Positions 20,328 to 30,319 of a stretch of 64,000 nt of DNA are shown here, piece after piece (the stretch's first letter is position 1; each line of letters starts with the position of its first letter). Under the pieces are notes generated by a model. That model was not told the DNA's origin. It made no database searches and saw nothing but the letters and a program-made list of their open reading frames with translations. Both the position numbers and the translations under genes were made by a program. This DNA is from Methanobacteriota archaeon (GTDB lineage: Archaea; Methanobacteriota; Methanobacteria; Methanobacteriales; Methanobacteriaceae): the NCBI GenBank assembly GCA_023411115.1, contig JAEYPF010000020.1, positions 10,052 to 74,051 of the forward strand, given 5' to 3'.

Positions 20328-21905
20328 CTAATACTTTATTCTGCAAATTATGAAATCTTTATTTTCGTATACAACTTCTACATTACTTGGAATTATTTCA
20401 TTGATGTTTGTTTTAAGGTCTTTATCGAAATAGAGAAGAGAATACATCTCAGAATTTGTTTGTGTATATGAATTGTCGTTTTCAAAGGGGGATGTCAGCC
20501 GTTTATCATAAACTATATAACCTATCTTTTCTTTTTCAAAAACGGACAACGGCGTAGTTTTATTGAAATATTTGAAATTTTGAGTAATTGGCATTCCGGA
20601 TTCAGCTGCAAGGAAGGTCCCAGTGTAAAGATTAGAAATAACCACTGATCTTGTTTTATTCCCGTTTTTATCAAACCAGTTTGCCATATCTACCTCTGAA
20701 TCACTTGGGGGAGCAGTTTGAACATAGCCATATTTGGTTATGGTCCCGAATTTTGCTATTTTTGGGTTTTCAACAGTTAAAACGCCTGAAACGGCAGATA
20801 ATGCAAAGATACCTATTAAAAATGCAGATCTAAACGATCTGGATGAAAATGTATTATGTTGTTTAAACCAGTAATAAAGCTGGCTTAAACCAAAGCCGCC
20901 GAGTATAGCAAGAGGGATGAGTAAATAGATTAAAACTCTGTAAGATATTACATTTATACCGAACCAGTAAGCATTACTCAGTAAAAACATCACTAAAATC
21001 CATACAAAAATGAAAAAATGCTTTTTCTGCATCTTTCCAAAAGCAAAAATGCACCCAATTACTGCAAAAATTAAAACTAACGGCCCAATATTTCCAATGT
21101 AAGACAATGCACTTATGGCTTTATTATAGCCTAATGAAGTGCTGTAACCAGTTACAGCTGTTAAACCTTGCTGTATCAAACTGTGGAACATATCTGGCTT
21201 AAATAAAAAGAGCCCAATTAGCCCTATAACTGCCAGAATGATTAATGAAATAAGGAAAGCGCCATAATTTTTAAAAACACCTTTATTTCTATTTAGAATC
21301 AATTCAAGAATTGTAAATGCAGTTATTATCAGAAATAGGCATAATGGGGCTGCAAGGTGTGTTAAAATGGTTAAAATGAATATAATCCCTGCTATTAATG
21401 CATATTTTAGAACTCCTTCTTTAATTGATCTGTAGTAAAGATAAACTGCAATGGGCAGAAAAATTAGGGCCAGGTTTTCTGGAATGGGCAGCACTATTCT
21501 GGCAATTAAATAGCTGGATATCATTAAAAATCCTGCTGAAATTCCTGCAATTCTGCCATAAAACTCCTTTGCAACAAAAGATACAGATAATACAATAGAC
21601 ATTGCCAGAACTGGCTGCAGGAACCTTGCAATCTGGAAGAAATCGGTGTTTAGAAGAGTACCTAAACCGGCGATTAAAAACTGAAAGAGGGGAGGATAAC
21701 CTATTTTTTGCCCATATGGAGCATTTAAAAGCGGATCAGTTAATACAAATCCGTAGTGAGCGTAAACTTTAGCGTACTCTATGTGCATTATTACATCCCA
21801 GCTCAGTGGCCACTGATAAGTTAACGTTGGAATTAAAGCTATGAAAAACATGGTTACTGCGGGAATAAGCCATAGATATTTATTGATATGTTCATTGAAA
21901 TTCAT
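20328..21905 (-). CDS. Polytopic membrane protein, GT-C (ArnT/PMT family 39)-like glycosyltransferase candidate
   Basis: 525 aa with at least 10 predicted helices and a soluble C-terminal domain. The early loop with GYPPLF resembles GT-C enzymes. I have no stronger evidence. Confidence 0.4.
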   Translation of the reverse strand: MNFNEHINKYLWLIPAVTMFFIALIPTLTYQWPLSWDVIMHIEYAKVYAHYGFVLTDPLLNAPYGQKIGYPPLFQFLIAGLGTLLNTDFFQIARFLQPVLAMSIVLSVSFVAKEFYGRIAGISAGFLMISSYLIARIVLPIPENLALIFLPIAVYLYYRSIKEGVLKYALIAGIIFILTILTHLAAPLCLFLIITAFTILELILNRNKGVFKNYGAFLISLIILAVIGLIGLFLFKPDMFHSLIQQGLTAVTGYSTSLGYNKAISALSYIGNIGPLVLIFAVIGCIFAFGKMQKKHFFIFVWILVMFLLSNAYWFGINVISYRVLIYLLIPLAILGGFGLSQLYYWFKQHNTFSSRSFRSAFLIGIFALSAVSGVLTVENPKIAKFGTITKYGYVQTAPPSDSEVDMANWFDKNGNKTRSVVISNLYTGTFLAAESGMPITQNFKYFNKTTPLSVFEKEKIGYIVYDKRLTSPFENDNSYTQTNSEMYSLLYFDKDLKTNINEIIPSNVEVVYENKDFIICRIKY

Positions 21906-22085
21906 TACATCACTTGATTATCTGTCTTAAAAGAAAGTTTAATTCTGATTTAAAATAATATGTTGGTGATCCATTTAAATATACTCTTGAAACTGATTAC
22001 ATTCTCTCTGTTTATAATCCTTTTTAAACAAAATGCAATTAAATACGCCTCGATAATCCATAAATCAGTACAAAAACGGATCTTT

Positions 22086-22100
22086 CGAAACATTTATATT
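22086..22100 (+). promoter_or_regulatory. BRE/TATA box of the nif operon promoter
   Basis: cgaaacaTTTATATT lies about 95 nt upstream of the nifH ATG. It is a purine-rich BRE-like cgaaa followed by an archaeal TATA consensus (TTTATATT). Confidence 0.55.
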
Positions 22101-22125
22101 AGATAAAAACATAACAGATGTTGTC

Positions 22126-22139
22126 GGAAGTATGTTTCC
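22126..22139 (+). promoter_or_regulatory. NrpR-type nitrogen operator (GGAA-N6-TTCC)
   Basis: Exact GGAAgtatgtTTCC lies 26 bp downstream of the TATA box, over the expected transcription start. This is the same palindrome and the same placement as the Methanococcus maripaludis nif/glnA operators. Confidence 0.6.
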
Positions 22140-22159
22140 TTCTTCCGCCAAGAATCTAA

Positions 22160-23020
<861 letters not shown>

Positions 23021-23034
23021 TTGGAAGTGTAAAA

Positions 23035-23352
23035 ATGAAAATGATTAGAGCAATTATAAGACCAGAAAAAACAGAAGACGTAGTTGATGCACTGGATGCA
23101 GCAGGACATGTTGCCCTTACTAAAATGGATGTTATAGGCCGCGGTAAACAGAAAGGTATTCAACTGGAATCAATTTATTACGATGAAATACCCAAGCTAA
23201 TGCTGCTTCTTGTTGCAGAGGACGAATCTATCGATGAAATAGTGGATATAATATCAGAAAATGCTTTTACTGGAAATATGGGTGATGGGAAATTATTCGT
23301 AAGTCCAGTAGAAGAAGCATATACTGTAAGAACAAGGAGTAAAGGGCTTTAG
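23035..23352 (+). CDS. nifI1: Nitrogenase switch-off P-II protein NifI1
   Basis: 105 aa GlnB-family protein (MKMIRAIIRPEK..., GDGKLFVSPVEEAYTVRT) lying between nifH and nifD. Confidence 0.9.
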   Translation: MKMIRAIIRPEKTEDVVDALDAAGHVALTKMDVIGRGKQKGIQLESIYYDEIPKLMLLLVAEDESIDEIVDIISENAFTGNMGDGKLFVSPVEEAYTVRTRSKGL

Positions 23353-23358
23353 CGTGGT

Positions 23359-23733
23359 GTGAAGATGAAAGAAATCATTGCCATCATACGGCCCAATAAA
23401 ATGGGAAGGACAAAAGACGTCTTAAATTCACTTGGATTCCCTTCAATGACTGCAAATCGTGTTATGGGGCGGGGTAGGCAAAAAGCAATCTTGAATGAGG
23501 TAACATTTGATATAAAAGAGCCCGCTCTTTTAGAAGAAGAAGGAAGCATGAGGTACATACCTAAAAGACTCATATCATTAATAGTTCCAGATGAAGATGC
23601 ATCTCTGGTGGTGGAAGCCATAATGAAAGTCAATCATACTGGGCAAATAGGGGACGGAAAGATATTTGTCTGCAATGTAGATGATGCAATACGAGTTCGA
23701 ACAAAAGAAAAGGGAGAAGAAGCAATTTTGTAA
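23359..23733 (+). CDS. nifI2: Nitrogenase switch-off P-II protein NifI2
   Basis: 124 aa GlnB-family protein with an extended T-loop (IIAIIRPNK..., GDGKIFVCNVDDAIRVRT). The start is GTG 23359 or ATG 23365. Confidence 0.9.
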   Translation: MKMKEIIAIIRPNKMGRTKDVLNSLGFPSMTANRVMGRGRQKAILNEVTFDIKEPALLEEEGSMRYIPKRLISLIVPDEDASLVVEAIMKVNHTGQIGDGKIFVCNVDDAIRVRTKEKGEEAIL

Positions 23734-23778
23734 ATTGTGCTTCTGCATTTATAATTAAACTTATTAAGGAGATTAAAT

Positions 23779-25224
23779 ATGCCTTACAAACTTTTTGACG
23801 TGTCTAAACCTATTCCTGAGAGAAAAGAGCACACATATGTAAAACACTGTGGCGATCCTGAGGACTGTCTCCCAAAATGTAATTCAAAGACCATTCCAGG
23901 ATCCATGACAGAACGTGGATGTGCATTTGCAGGAGCTAAAGGGGTTATAACTGGAGCTATAAAGGATGTAGCCCATATAGTACATTCACCTGTCGGCTGT
24001 ACAGTGTATGGTTACGGAACAAAAAGATATCCAACAACCACGGACATGCCAGACGGAAGTCAATTCCCAGTAAAAGATTTTAACATTAAATACATCATTG
24101 GAACAGATTTACAGGAATCTGACGTGGTTTTTGGCGGAATGAAAAAATTACGCCAGGCTATTCTAGATACTAAAAGAGAATTCCCATTTGTAAATGCAAT
24201 ATATCTATATGCAACCTGTACAACTGGATTAATTGGGGATGACATGGATGCTGTTGCTAAAGAAATGGAAGAAGAATTAGATATACCTATTATAGCATTT
24301 AATGCACCAGGATTCGCAGGTCCAACACAGTCTAAAGGACACTCTATTGGAAACAACGTTCTCTTTGAGAAATTAGTGGGTAAAACAGAACCACCGGCTA
24401 CGGGGCCTTATGATATAAATCTTATCGGTGAATACAACATCGACGGGGACCTCTGGCTGCTTAAAGATTACTTTAAAGAGATAGGAATAAATGTCTTGAG
24501 TACGTTCACTGGAGATTGCTGTCACAATGAGATAGGCTGGATGCACAGGGCAAAATTGAGCGTAGTAAGATGTCAAAGATCCTCTACTTACATAGCAAAA
24601 CTCATAGAGGAGAAATACGGCGTCCCTTACATGAAAACTGACTTTTTCAGTACCAAATACTGTGCAGAAAACTTAAAGACCGTAGCAAGGTTCTTTGGTC
24701 TTGAAGATAAAGCAGATGAAGTGATCGCTAATAGAATGGCCAAAATAATTCCTGAGTTAGAATTCTATAGGGAAAAATTAACTGGAAAAAGAGCATTCAT
24801 CTTCTCTGGTGGGCCTAAAAGTTATCACCTTTCTGTTCCACTAGAAGAGGAATTAGGAATGGAAATAACCGGTGTTTCATCCATGTTTGAACATGAAGAT
24901 GGATTTGAAAAGATGAAAAAACGGGTAAAAGAAGGTGGACTTGTAATAGACGATCCAAATGCATTGGAATTAGAAGAACTGGTTGAAGATTACAAAATCG
25001 ATTTAATTATGGGCGGTGTAAAAGAGAAGTATCTGGTTCATAAATTAGGAATACCATCTCTTCTAATTCACTCATATGAAAACGGTCCATATATAGGATT
25101 TGAAGGTTTCTTAAACCTTGCAAGAGATATGTACACTTCTATCTACAATCCAGTATGGAGTATGCTTGAATTCAAAGAAACTGAAGACCCAGACATACCA
25201 AATATCGAAGAGGGGGCAAAATAA
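23779..25224 (+). CDS. nifD: Nitrogenase MoFe protein alpha chain
   Basis: 481 aa with the P-cluster region [19 protein letters not shown], the FeMo-co Cys region [13 protein letters not shown] and the His region [16 protein letters not shown]. The stop overlaps the nifK ATG (TAATG), so there is no G subunit. Confidence 0.93.
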   Translation: MPYKLFDVSKPIPERKEHTYVKHCGDPEDCLPKCNSKTIPGSMTERGCAFAGAKGVITGAIKDVAHIVHSPVGCTVYGYGTKRYPTTTDMPDGSQFPVKDFNIKYIIGTDLQESDVVFGGMKKLRQAILDTKREFPFVNAIYLYATCTTGLIGDDMDAVAKEMEEELDIPIIAFNAPGFAGPTQSKGHSIGNNVLFEKLVGKTEPPATGPYDINLIGEYNIDGDLWLLKDYFKEIGINVLSTFTGDCCHNEIGWMHRAKLSVVRCQRSSTYIAKLIEEKYGVPYMKTDFFSTKYCAENLKTVARFFGLEDKADEVIANRMAKIIPELEFYREKLTGKRAFIFSGGPKSYHLSVPLEEELGMEITGVSSMFEHEDGFEKMKKRVKEGGLVIDDPNALELEELVEDYKIDLIMGGVKEKYLVHKLGIPSLLIHSYENGPYIGFEGFLNLARDMYTSIYNPVWSMLEFKETEDPDIPNIEEGAK

Positions 25225-26606
25225 TGGGTGTAAATATTATAGAAAAAGACAGGACCGCTACAATCAATCCTCTAAAAACCTGTCAGCCGTTAGGGGCAAT
25301 GTGGGCAGTTACTGGGATTAGCAGGTCAGTGCCACTGGTTCATGGTTCTCAAGGGTGTTCATCATTCGTTAGATATTCTCTCTCACGTCATTTCAGGGAA
25401 CCTTCAGAAATTGCTGTAACCTCCCTCCACGAAGATGCAGCAGTTTTTGGTGGAAGGAGAAACCTTGTTGAAGGTCTTCAAAACGTCGCAGTAAGACTTA
25501 ACCCTGATTTAATTGGTGTAATTACAACATGTTCCAGTGAGATCATTGGTGACGATGTAATTGGGTTTATAAAAACTGCAAAGGAAGAGTTAAAGAAAAA
25601 AATTGGTGAAGAAGCAACTGAAAAAATAAAAATCGTACCAATAAGCACTCCAAGTTTCGTTGAAACACATCTTAAGGGTTACGATAATGCGATTAAAGCT
25701 TTAGCTGATCACGTGGCAGAACCTTCCGAACCTAATGAAAAGATAAACATAATTCCGGGAATGGTGAACCCTGGTGATATACGCGAAATAAAACATATTC
25801 TCAGGCTTATGGATCTAGAAAGTATCATTCTCACAGATATTTCAGATCCATTTGATGCACCACTCCGGCCATCTGCAACTGAGTACAAGCCATATTATCC
25901 AAAAGGAGGAACAAACACCGAAGAAATTGCTGATTCAGCAAACAGTGTAGGTACAATATCTCTTACCAAATATGCTGGTTCAGGTGCCTTATCTTTAGAG
26001 AAAAAATATAATATACCTGCAGAATTAGGTCCGATTCCAATAGGAGTTCAAAATACCGATCAATTCCTCAGGAATTTGAAGAAACTCACTGGTCAGGACG
26101 TTCCAGACTCCATCTTAGATGAAAGGGGTTTGCTCATAGATTCTATGGCAGATATAGCTTCCAGATATCTGTTTGGCCGTACTGTAGCCATCTATGGAGA
26201 TCCTGAAATCACATCCGGAATGGCACGATTTGTAGGAGAACTTGGTATGGAACCTAAAATGGTTCTTACAGGATCTAATAACCAGGAATTCGTTAAAGAC
26301 ATAGAAAAAGTATCTAAAGAAACAGGAGCTGAAATAGACACTCTAGTGGGGCAGGATTTAAGGGCAATGGAAGTATATCTTAAGGATAATCCTGTTGACC
26401 TGATGATTGGTAGTTCTGATGCAAGACTTATGGCTAAGGAATATGGAATTCCACTTGTGAGGGTTGGTTATCCAGTTTATGACCGTGTAGGGTACCATAG
26501 GCGCCCTATTGTTGGATACAATGGAGGTATTCACCTCATAGATTTAATAACCAACACGATACTTGAGAAATATTATGAACCTGAGCACTGGAAACTTCAG
26601 CAGTAA
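25224..26606 (+). CDS. nifK: Nitrogenase MoFe protein beta chain
   Basis: 460 aa with NPLKTCQPLGA, VHGSQGCSSFVRY and TTCSSEIIGDD. Confidence 0.93.
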   Translation: MGVNIIEKDRTATINPLKTCQPLGAMWAVTGISRSVPLVHGSQGCSSFVRYSLSRHFREPSEIAVTSLHEDAAVFGGRRNLVEGLQNVAVRLNPDLIGVITTCSSEIIGDDVIGFIKTAKEELKKKIGEEATEKIKIVPISTPSFVETHLKGYDNAIKALADHVAEPSEPNEKINIIPGMVNPGDIREIKHILRLMDLESIILTDISDPFDAPLRPSATEYKPYYPKGGTNTEEIADSANSVGTISLTKYAGSGALSLEKKYNIPAELGPIPIGVQNTDQFLRNLKKLTGQDVPDSILDERGLLIDSMADIASRYLFGRTVAIYGDPEITSGMARFVGELGMEPKMVLTGSNNQEFVKDIEKVSKETGAEIDTLVGQDLRAMEVYLKDNPVDLMIGSSDARLMAKEYGIPLVRVGYPVYDRVGYHRRPIVGYNGGIHLIDLITNTILEKYYEPEHWKLQQ

Positions 26607-26632
26607 TATGTTAATAGACCTCCATGATCTCA

Positions 26633-26678
26633 ATAGGCCAATAAGGGCCTATAACCTTTTAGGGGGTCGTTATTTTTT
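26633..26678 (+). terminator. Hairpin plus oligo-T tract between nifK and nifE (partial terminator or processing/stability element)
   Basis: A 7-bp perfect stem, ataggcc(26633-39)/ggcctat(26646-52), has a 6-nt loop. It is followed by a T6 run at 26673-78 inside the 112-nt nifK-nifE gap. Confidence 0.3.
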
Positions 26679-26718
26679 AAGAAGGAGAATTTGATATTGA
26701 AAATTTAGGGGAATTTAT

Positions 26719-28077
26719 ATGGAACCTGTTATTGAAACATTTGAATCTCGTAAAAAACACATGTGTGTAAAAGGAGAAGGAATATCCATCCCTGTATGTG
26801 ATAAGGCCAGCTTGCCAGGTACAGTTACCCAGAGAACATGTGTTTATGGTGGCGCAAGAATTGTTTTAATGCCAATCACAGATTCAATTCATCTGGTACA
26901 CGGGCCAATAGGTTGTGCTGCATGTACATGGGACATAAGGGGAAGTAAAACATCCCGGGATGATATCTATAAAAAAGGATGCTCTACAAACTTGCAAGAG
27001 AAAGATATCATATTTGGGGGCGAAAAAAAGCTATTTGAAACTATTATTGAACTTAATAAGTTGTACAGCCCTGGAGCAATATTCGTATATGCTACATGCG
27101 TTGCAGGTATAATTGGAGATGATATAAAAGCAGTATGCAATAAATCAGAAGAAATAACAGGATGTAGAGTTATACCAGTTCAGTCTGAAGGTTTCCAGAA
27201 CCATAACAAAACCAAAGGGCACTGGATTGGCGGTGATGCTTTACTTGACTATGTAATTGGAACAAAAGAACCTGAAAAAACTACTCCCTTTGACATAAAT
27301 ATAGTGGGTGAATTCAACGTTGCAGGGGATCTATGGGGAATAAAACCTCTGCTTGAAGAAATTGGTGTTAATATCATAAGTACAATGACAGGGGATTCCC
27401 ATGTGGACGAAATAGCCCAGGCGCACAGAGCTAAGCTCAACATAGTCCAGTGCCAGAAATCATCGAACTATGTTGCCAAAAAAATGGAGAAGAAATATGG
27501 AATACCATTTATAAAGGTCAATTTCTTTGGTCTTGAACAAACAACTAACTCCATCAGAGATATCGCTGATTTCTTCGGCAATGAAGAAATGATCGAGAGA
27601 ACCGAAAAAATAATTGAAAGGGGATTAAAAGAAGTAGAACACAAAATTGATGAAGAAAGAGAGAGATTAAATGGAAAAACCGTTGCTCTATATGTTGGAG
27701 GTAACAAAGCATGGTCTCTTGTACGGGCATTTGAAGAATTAGGTATGGATGTAATGATGTCCGGAACAAAAAATGGAATTAAAGAAGATTACGAAAGGAT
27801 CAAAGAAGCTGTTAGGGATGGTACAATAATTGTGGATGATGCAAATTCAACTGAATTAGCCAGACTTCTTAAAAAATACAGGCCAAACTTGCTAATATCG
27901 GGAGCCAAAGAAAAATACATTTCATTAAAGCTTGGAATTCCATTTTGTGACTTTAACCACGACAGAATATCTGCATTTGCAGGATTTAAAGGCTTTGTAA
28001 GCTTTGCAAAAGAAGTGGATGCCTCAGTTTCAAGTCCAGTATTCAATTTAACATCTAAAAGTTTGAGAGGTGACTAA
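26719..28077 (+). CDS. nifE: FeMo-cofactor biosynthesis scaffold NifE
   Basis: 452 aa NifD paralog with [26 protein letters not shown] and [13 protein letters not shown]. Confidence 0.9.
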   Translation: MEPVIETFESRKKHMCVKGEGISIPVCDKASLPGTVTQRTCVYGGARIVLMPITDSIHLVHGPIGCAACTWDIRGSKTSRDDIYKKGCSTNLQEKDIIFGGEKKLFETIIELNKLYSPGAIFVYATCVAGIIGDDIKAVCNKSEEITGCRVIPVQSEGFQNHNKTKGHWIGGDALLDYVIGTKEPEKTTPFDINIVGEFNVAGDLWGIKPLLEEIGVNIISTMTGDSHVDEIAQAHRAKLNIVQCQKSSNYVAKKMEKKYGIPFIKVNFFGLEQTTNSIRDIADFFGNEEMIERTEKIIERGLKEVEHKIDEERERLNGKTVALYVGGNKAWSLVRAFEELGMDVMMSGTKNGIKEDYERIKEAVRDGTIIVDDANSTELARLLKKYRPNLLISGAKEKYISLKLGIPFCDFNHDRISAFAGFKGFVSFAKEVDASVSSPVFNLTSKSLRGD

Positions 28078-28078
28078 T

Positions 28079-29455
28079 ATGCATCACGATAAAAAATTTG
28101 CAGTAGTAAATCCCTCCAAAATATGCCAGCCAATGGGAGCCGTACAGGCCCTTTTGGGTGTTAAGGATACTATGCCTCTTATCCACGGCTCTCAAGGCTG
28201 CAGTACTTATATGAGATTTCAACTTACCAGACATTTTAGAGAACCTATAGAAGTTGCATCAACTTCAATGAGCGAAAAAACTGTAATTTATGGTGGGGAA
28301 TTCAACTTAATGAAGGCTCTAAAAAATATCGTCGAAAAACAGTCTCCAAGCATGATAGCGGTTGCATCAAGCTGTCTAACTGAAACAATTGGAGACGACA
28401 TGGCAGGAATAATAGAAAAGTTCAAAGATGCAAATCTGGACAAGAATTTACCTGTCATTATTCCAGTTTCAACTCCAAGTTATACTGAATCTCACGTGGA
28501 AGGGTATAACAGGACTGTAAAAGCGCTGGTTGAACATTTAGCTTATCATTCAACACCAAACGGGAAAATCAACATAATTACAGGTAATATATCTCCAGCA
28601 GATGTAAAAAAAGTTAAAGATTTATTAAAAGAACTCAACTGCGAAAGCATCATTTTAACTGATACTTCAGAAAACTTAGATGCACCTCTTACTGAAGATA
28701 CTCTGTCTTTATATGGTGGTGGGACAACCATTGAGGAAATTGAAGATACAGCTAATTCATTGGGTACAATTGCCCTGTCAAAACACGTAGACTCTGCAGG
28801 GGTATTCCTTAAGAAGAAATTTGGAGTTGAATCAATTTCTGGACCTCTTCCTGTAGGCCTCGAAAATACAGACAGCTTTGTAAAATCTGTATGCAAACTT
28901 GGAGACTTCGATATTTCACAGTCAATAGAAAAAGACCGCGGCAGACTTATGGATGCAATGGTAGATGCCCATTCCTACAATTATCACCGAAAAGTGGCTA
29001 TATTTGGAGATCCTGACTTCGTATCTGGATTAACACGTTTCACATGTGAAATGGGTATGATTCCTACTGTTGTGTGTACTGGTACAGAAAGTAAAAGATT
29101 TATAGAGGATATCAATATTATTTCAGAAGAAAAAGGAGTTTCACCTACTATTTTAGCAGGCGGTGATCTCTATGACATGCACAGGAAAATTAAAGAAATA
29201 GGTGCAGATATTTTAATTGGAAATTCCTATGGGGCCAGCATGGCCAAAGAAGAAAATATTCCTCTCTTTAGGGCAGGATTCCCCGTATTTGATAGAATAG
29301 GGGCACAGAGAATATCTATGTTGGGATATAAAGGGGGTATTGATTTCGTTGACAAAATAACAAACACTCTACTCGATTTCTACTATGATGAAGCGGGATA
29401 TGAAATAGTTGGGGAAGAAGGAGCAATGGAAGAATTTTCCAGGGAGGAAATTTAA
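28079..29455 (+). CDS. nifN: FeMo-cofactor biosynthesis scaffold NifN
   Basis: NifK paralog with [13 protein letters not shown] and [12 protein letters not shown] prefer the ATG at 28079 (RBS gagaggtga), just after the nifE stop, to the GTG at 28070. Confidence 0.88.
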   Translation: MHHDKKFAVVNPSKICQPMGAVQALLGVKDTMPLIHGSQGCSTYMRFQLTRHFREPIEVASTSMSEKTVIYGGEFNLMKALKNIVEKQSPSMIAVASSCLTETIGDDMAGIIEKFKDANLDKNLPVIIPVSTPSYTESHVEGYNRTVKALVEHLAYHSTPNGKINIITGNISPADVKKVKDLLKELNCESIILTDTSENLDAPLTEDTLSLYGGGTTIEEIEDTANSLGTIALSKHVDSAGVFLKKKFGVESISGPLPVGLENTDSFVKSVCKLGDFDISQSIEKDRGRLMDAMVDAHSYNYHRKVAIFGDPDFVSGLTRFTCEMGMIPTVVCTGTESKRFIEDINIISEEKGVSPTILAGGDLYDMHRKIKEIGADILIGNSYGASMAKEENIPLFRAGFPVFDRIGAQRISMLGYKGGIDFVDKITNTLLDFYYDEAGYEIVGEEGAMEEFSREEI

Positions 29456-29775
29456 TGAGGATAGCAGTAGTATCAACAGATGGAAAAGTTATAGATTTGC
29501 ACTTTGGAGATGCCAACCGTTTTTTAATTTATAAAATTGAAGATGGAAAAGGCAAATTTCAGGAAATAAGAGAAAAGACAGTAATGCATTTAAACAATCA
29601 TCAGGAACGCTGGGTAGCATCAATAGATCTTATAAATGATTGCAAAGCTGTTCTCTGCAGTAGAATTGGAAATGAACCTACTATTGAACTTAGAAAATTA
29701 GGAATAAAACCAATACAGCTCGACTGTGATGTTAAAGAAGCTGTTGATGAATGTTCTAAACATTTGTTAAGTTAG
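29455..29775 (+). CDS. nifX: NifX/NafY-family FeMo-cofactor carrier protein
   Basis: 106 aa with [26 protein letters not shown]. It overlaps nifN in a TAATG arrangement. Confidence 0.8.
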   Translation: MRIAVVSTDGKVIDLHFGDANRFLIYKIEDGKGKFQEIREKTVMHLNNHQERWVASIDLINDCKAVLCSRIGNEPTIELRKLGIKPIQLDCDVKEAVDECSKHLLS

Positions 29776-29795
29776 TAAACTTGGAGGTGGTTATA

Positions 29796-30005
29796 TTGAT
29801 AACAGTTAATATAGCTCTGGATTATAAAAAGTGTGAAGGCTCAAAATGCGGGGCATGTGCATGTACATGCCCTACAAATGTTTTTACCCTTGAAGAAGGC
29901 AATGTATCAATAAAATCACCAGAATACTGTAAATTATGCGGTAACTGTTTGGAAATTTGTCCCTATGGAGCTATAAAAATAGATGAAGTGAATGGAAGTT
30001 TCTAA
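29796..30005 (+). CDS. Small 2x[4Fe-4S]-type ferredoxin (nif-linked, copy 1)
   Basis: Motifs are CEGSKCGACACTCP (Cx4Cx2Cx3CP) and CKLCGNCLEICP (Cx2Cx2Cx3CP). The likely start is TTG 29796, 5 nt after RBS ggaggtgg. The ORF track starts at TTG 29781, which lies inside that RBS. Confidence 0.7.
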   Translation: MITVNIALDYKKCEGSKCGACACTCPTNVFTLEEGNVSIKSPEYCKLCGNCLEICPYGAIKIDEVNGSF

Positions 30006-30026
30006 ATTACTGAATGAGGAGATAAA

Positions 30027-30215
30027 ATGGCTAAAGTGACAATTCATCAGGGGAAATGTGACGGTGCAGATTGTGGAGAATGTGTGGATGTTTGCTCTAT
30101 GGAAGTCCTTATACTTGATGGAGAAATAATAACAGTACAGCGTCCAGAAGAATGCAGTCTATGTGAAATTTGCACAGATGTCTGCCCTAATGGAGCTATA
30201 GAGCTAGAAGAATAA
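30027..30215 (+). CDS. Small 2x[4Fe-4S]-type ferredoxin (nif-linked, copy 2)
   Basis: 62 aa with CDGADCGECVDVCS (Cx4Cx2Cx3C) and CSLCEICTDVCP. An RBS (gaggag) is present. Confidence 0.75.
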   Translation: MAKVTIHQGKCDGADCGECVDVCSMEVLILDGEIITVQRPEECSLCEICTDVCPNGAIELEE

Positions 30216-30225
30216 CTAAACTTTA

Positions 30226-30252
30226 TTTTTTTTATTAATCAACAATTTTTTT
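30226..30252 (+). terminator. Oligo-T termination signals ending the nif transcription unit
   Basis: A T8 run (30226-33) and a T7 run (30246-52) lie directly after the second ferredoxin. Oligo-T tracts are the archaeal intrinsic termination signal. Confidence 0.4.
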
Positions 30253-30319
30253 ATTGTATCTAAACAATATAATGATGTTACTATTTTATAGAAAGTTTAA
30301 TTAATACAGGTGGTATTTC

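Noticed and set aside
23779-26606. Possibility that the nitrogenase is an alternative V- or Fe-only enzyme.
   Set aside because: The nifD stop overlaps the nifK start, so there is no room for a vnfG/anfG delta-subunit gene. nifE, nifN and nifX follow as in Mo-type clusters.
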